Source: Octopus sinensis
Lineage: Eukaryota
Direction of reading: 5' to 3'
DNA length: 19,915 nucleotides
Assembly: GCF_006345805.1 (NCBI RefSeq)
Contig: NW_021824102.1
Coordinates: 1 to 19,915 of the forward strand
Positions 19,092-19,915 of the stretch are shown one piece after another; within the stretch, counting starts at the first letter, position 1, and each line of letters opens with the position of its first letter. A program made the translations under genes and the position numbers. The notes under the pieces were generated by a model that was given only the letters and a program-made list of their open reading frames with translations, was not told where the DNA came from and did no database searches.

Positions 19092-19915
19092 ACACATATA
19101 TACACGTATCTATATATGTGTATATATATATATGCATATCTATATATATAAATCCATATCTATCTATCTCTCTCTATATATATATATATACATCCATATC
19201 TATATATATCTATATATGTATATACATACACATCCATAGCAATATCTATACATACACATCCATATATATATATATATAATATATATATATACACAAATCC
19301 TTAGCTATATATATACATATATATATATGTATACATCCATATCTATATATATATATATACACAAATCCATAGCTATATATATACATATATATATATATGT
19401 GCATACATCCATATATATATATATATATATATATGTATACATCCATATCTATATATATATATTATACACAAATCCATAGCTATATATATACATATATATA
19501 TATATGTATACATCCATGTCTATATATATATAAATCCATGTCTATATATATATATATATATATGTATATAAATCCATGTCTATATATATAAATCCATGTC
19601 TATATATATATATGTATATAAATCCATGTCTATATATATATGTATATAAATCCATGTCTATATATATATGTATATAAATCCATGTCTATATATATATATG
19701 TATATAAATCCATGTCTATATATATATATGTATATAAATCCATGTCTATATATATATATGTATATAAATCCATGTCTATATATATATATGTGTATATAAA
19801 TCCATGTCTATATATATATATATGTATATAAATCCATGTCTATATATATATATATATAAATCCATGTCTATATATATATATATATAAATCCATGTCTATA
19901 CATATATATGTATAT
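19092..19915. repeat. Complex minisatellite: short ATCCAT-core monomers separated by variable (TA)n
   Basis: 13 copies of AAATCCATGTC from 19532 to the window end, period mostly 28-30 bp. Earlier variants are CATCCATATC and ACAAATCCATAGC. Confidence 0.95.

Noticed and set aside
19532-19915. CRISPR-like array (also considered for 6078-6380)
   Set aside because: Spacers are only (TA)n or are themselves homologous, there are no cas genes, and the context is eukaryotic.
1-19915. Uni-strand piRNA cluster
   Set aside because: TE density is very high but orientations are mixed (three CR1 on +, RTE five - and two +, SINEs on both strands). Only small-RNA data could support it.

Overview
Eukaryotic, AT-rich window made almost entirely of decayed transposable elements and microsatellites. 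I found no host protein-coding gene, no functional RNA gene and no intact transposase or reverse transcriptase ORF. The SINE families, the density of (TA)n/(CA)n tracts and the RTE/CR1/mariner mix resemble an octopus (cephalopod) genome; this is from memory and was not checked by a search. Contents: four IS630-Tc1-mariner elements (one rearranged so both ends are 5' ends, one near-full-length mariner, one DD37D maT-type, one truncated mariner), a pogo/Tigger element interrupted by a Helitron-like insert and an RTE LINE, seven RTE LINE pieces, three CR1-like LINE pieces, four tRNA-derived SINE copies or fragments, and a terminal minisatellite. The best leads are a very basic PHD-type zinc finger inside RTE ORF2 just after the RT domain, the two-5'-end foldback mariner, a SINE whose tail matches a CR1 LINE 3' end in the same window, and hairpin-bearing 65-bp repeats in the RTE 3' UTR. 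I see no convincing wholly new biological system; these are features of selfish elements. Coordinates of degraded boundaries are approximate (about +/-10 bp).
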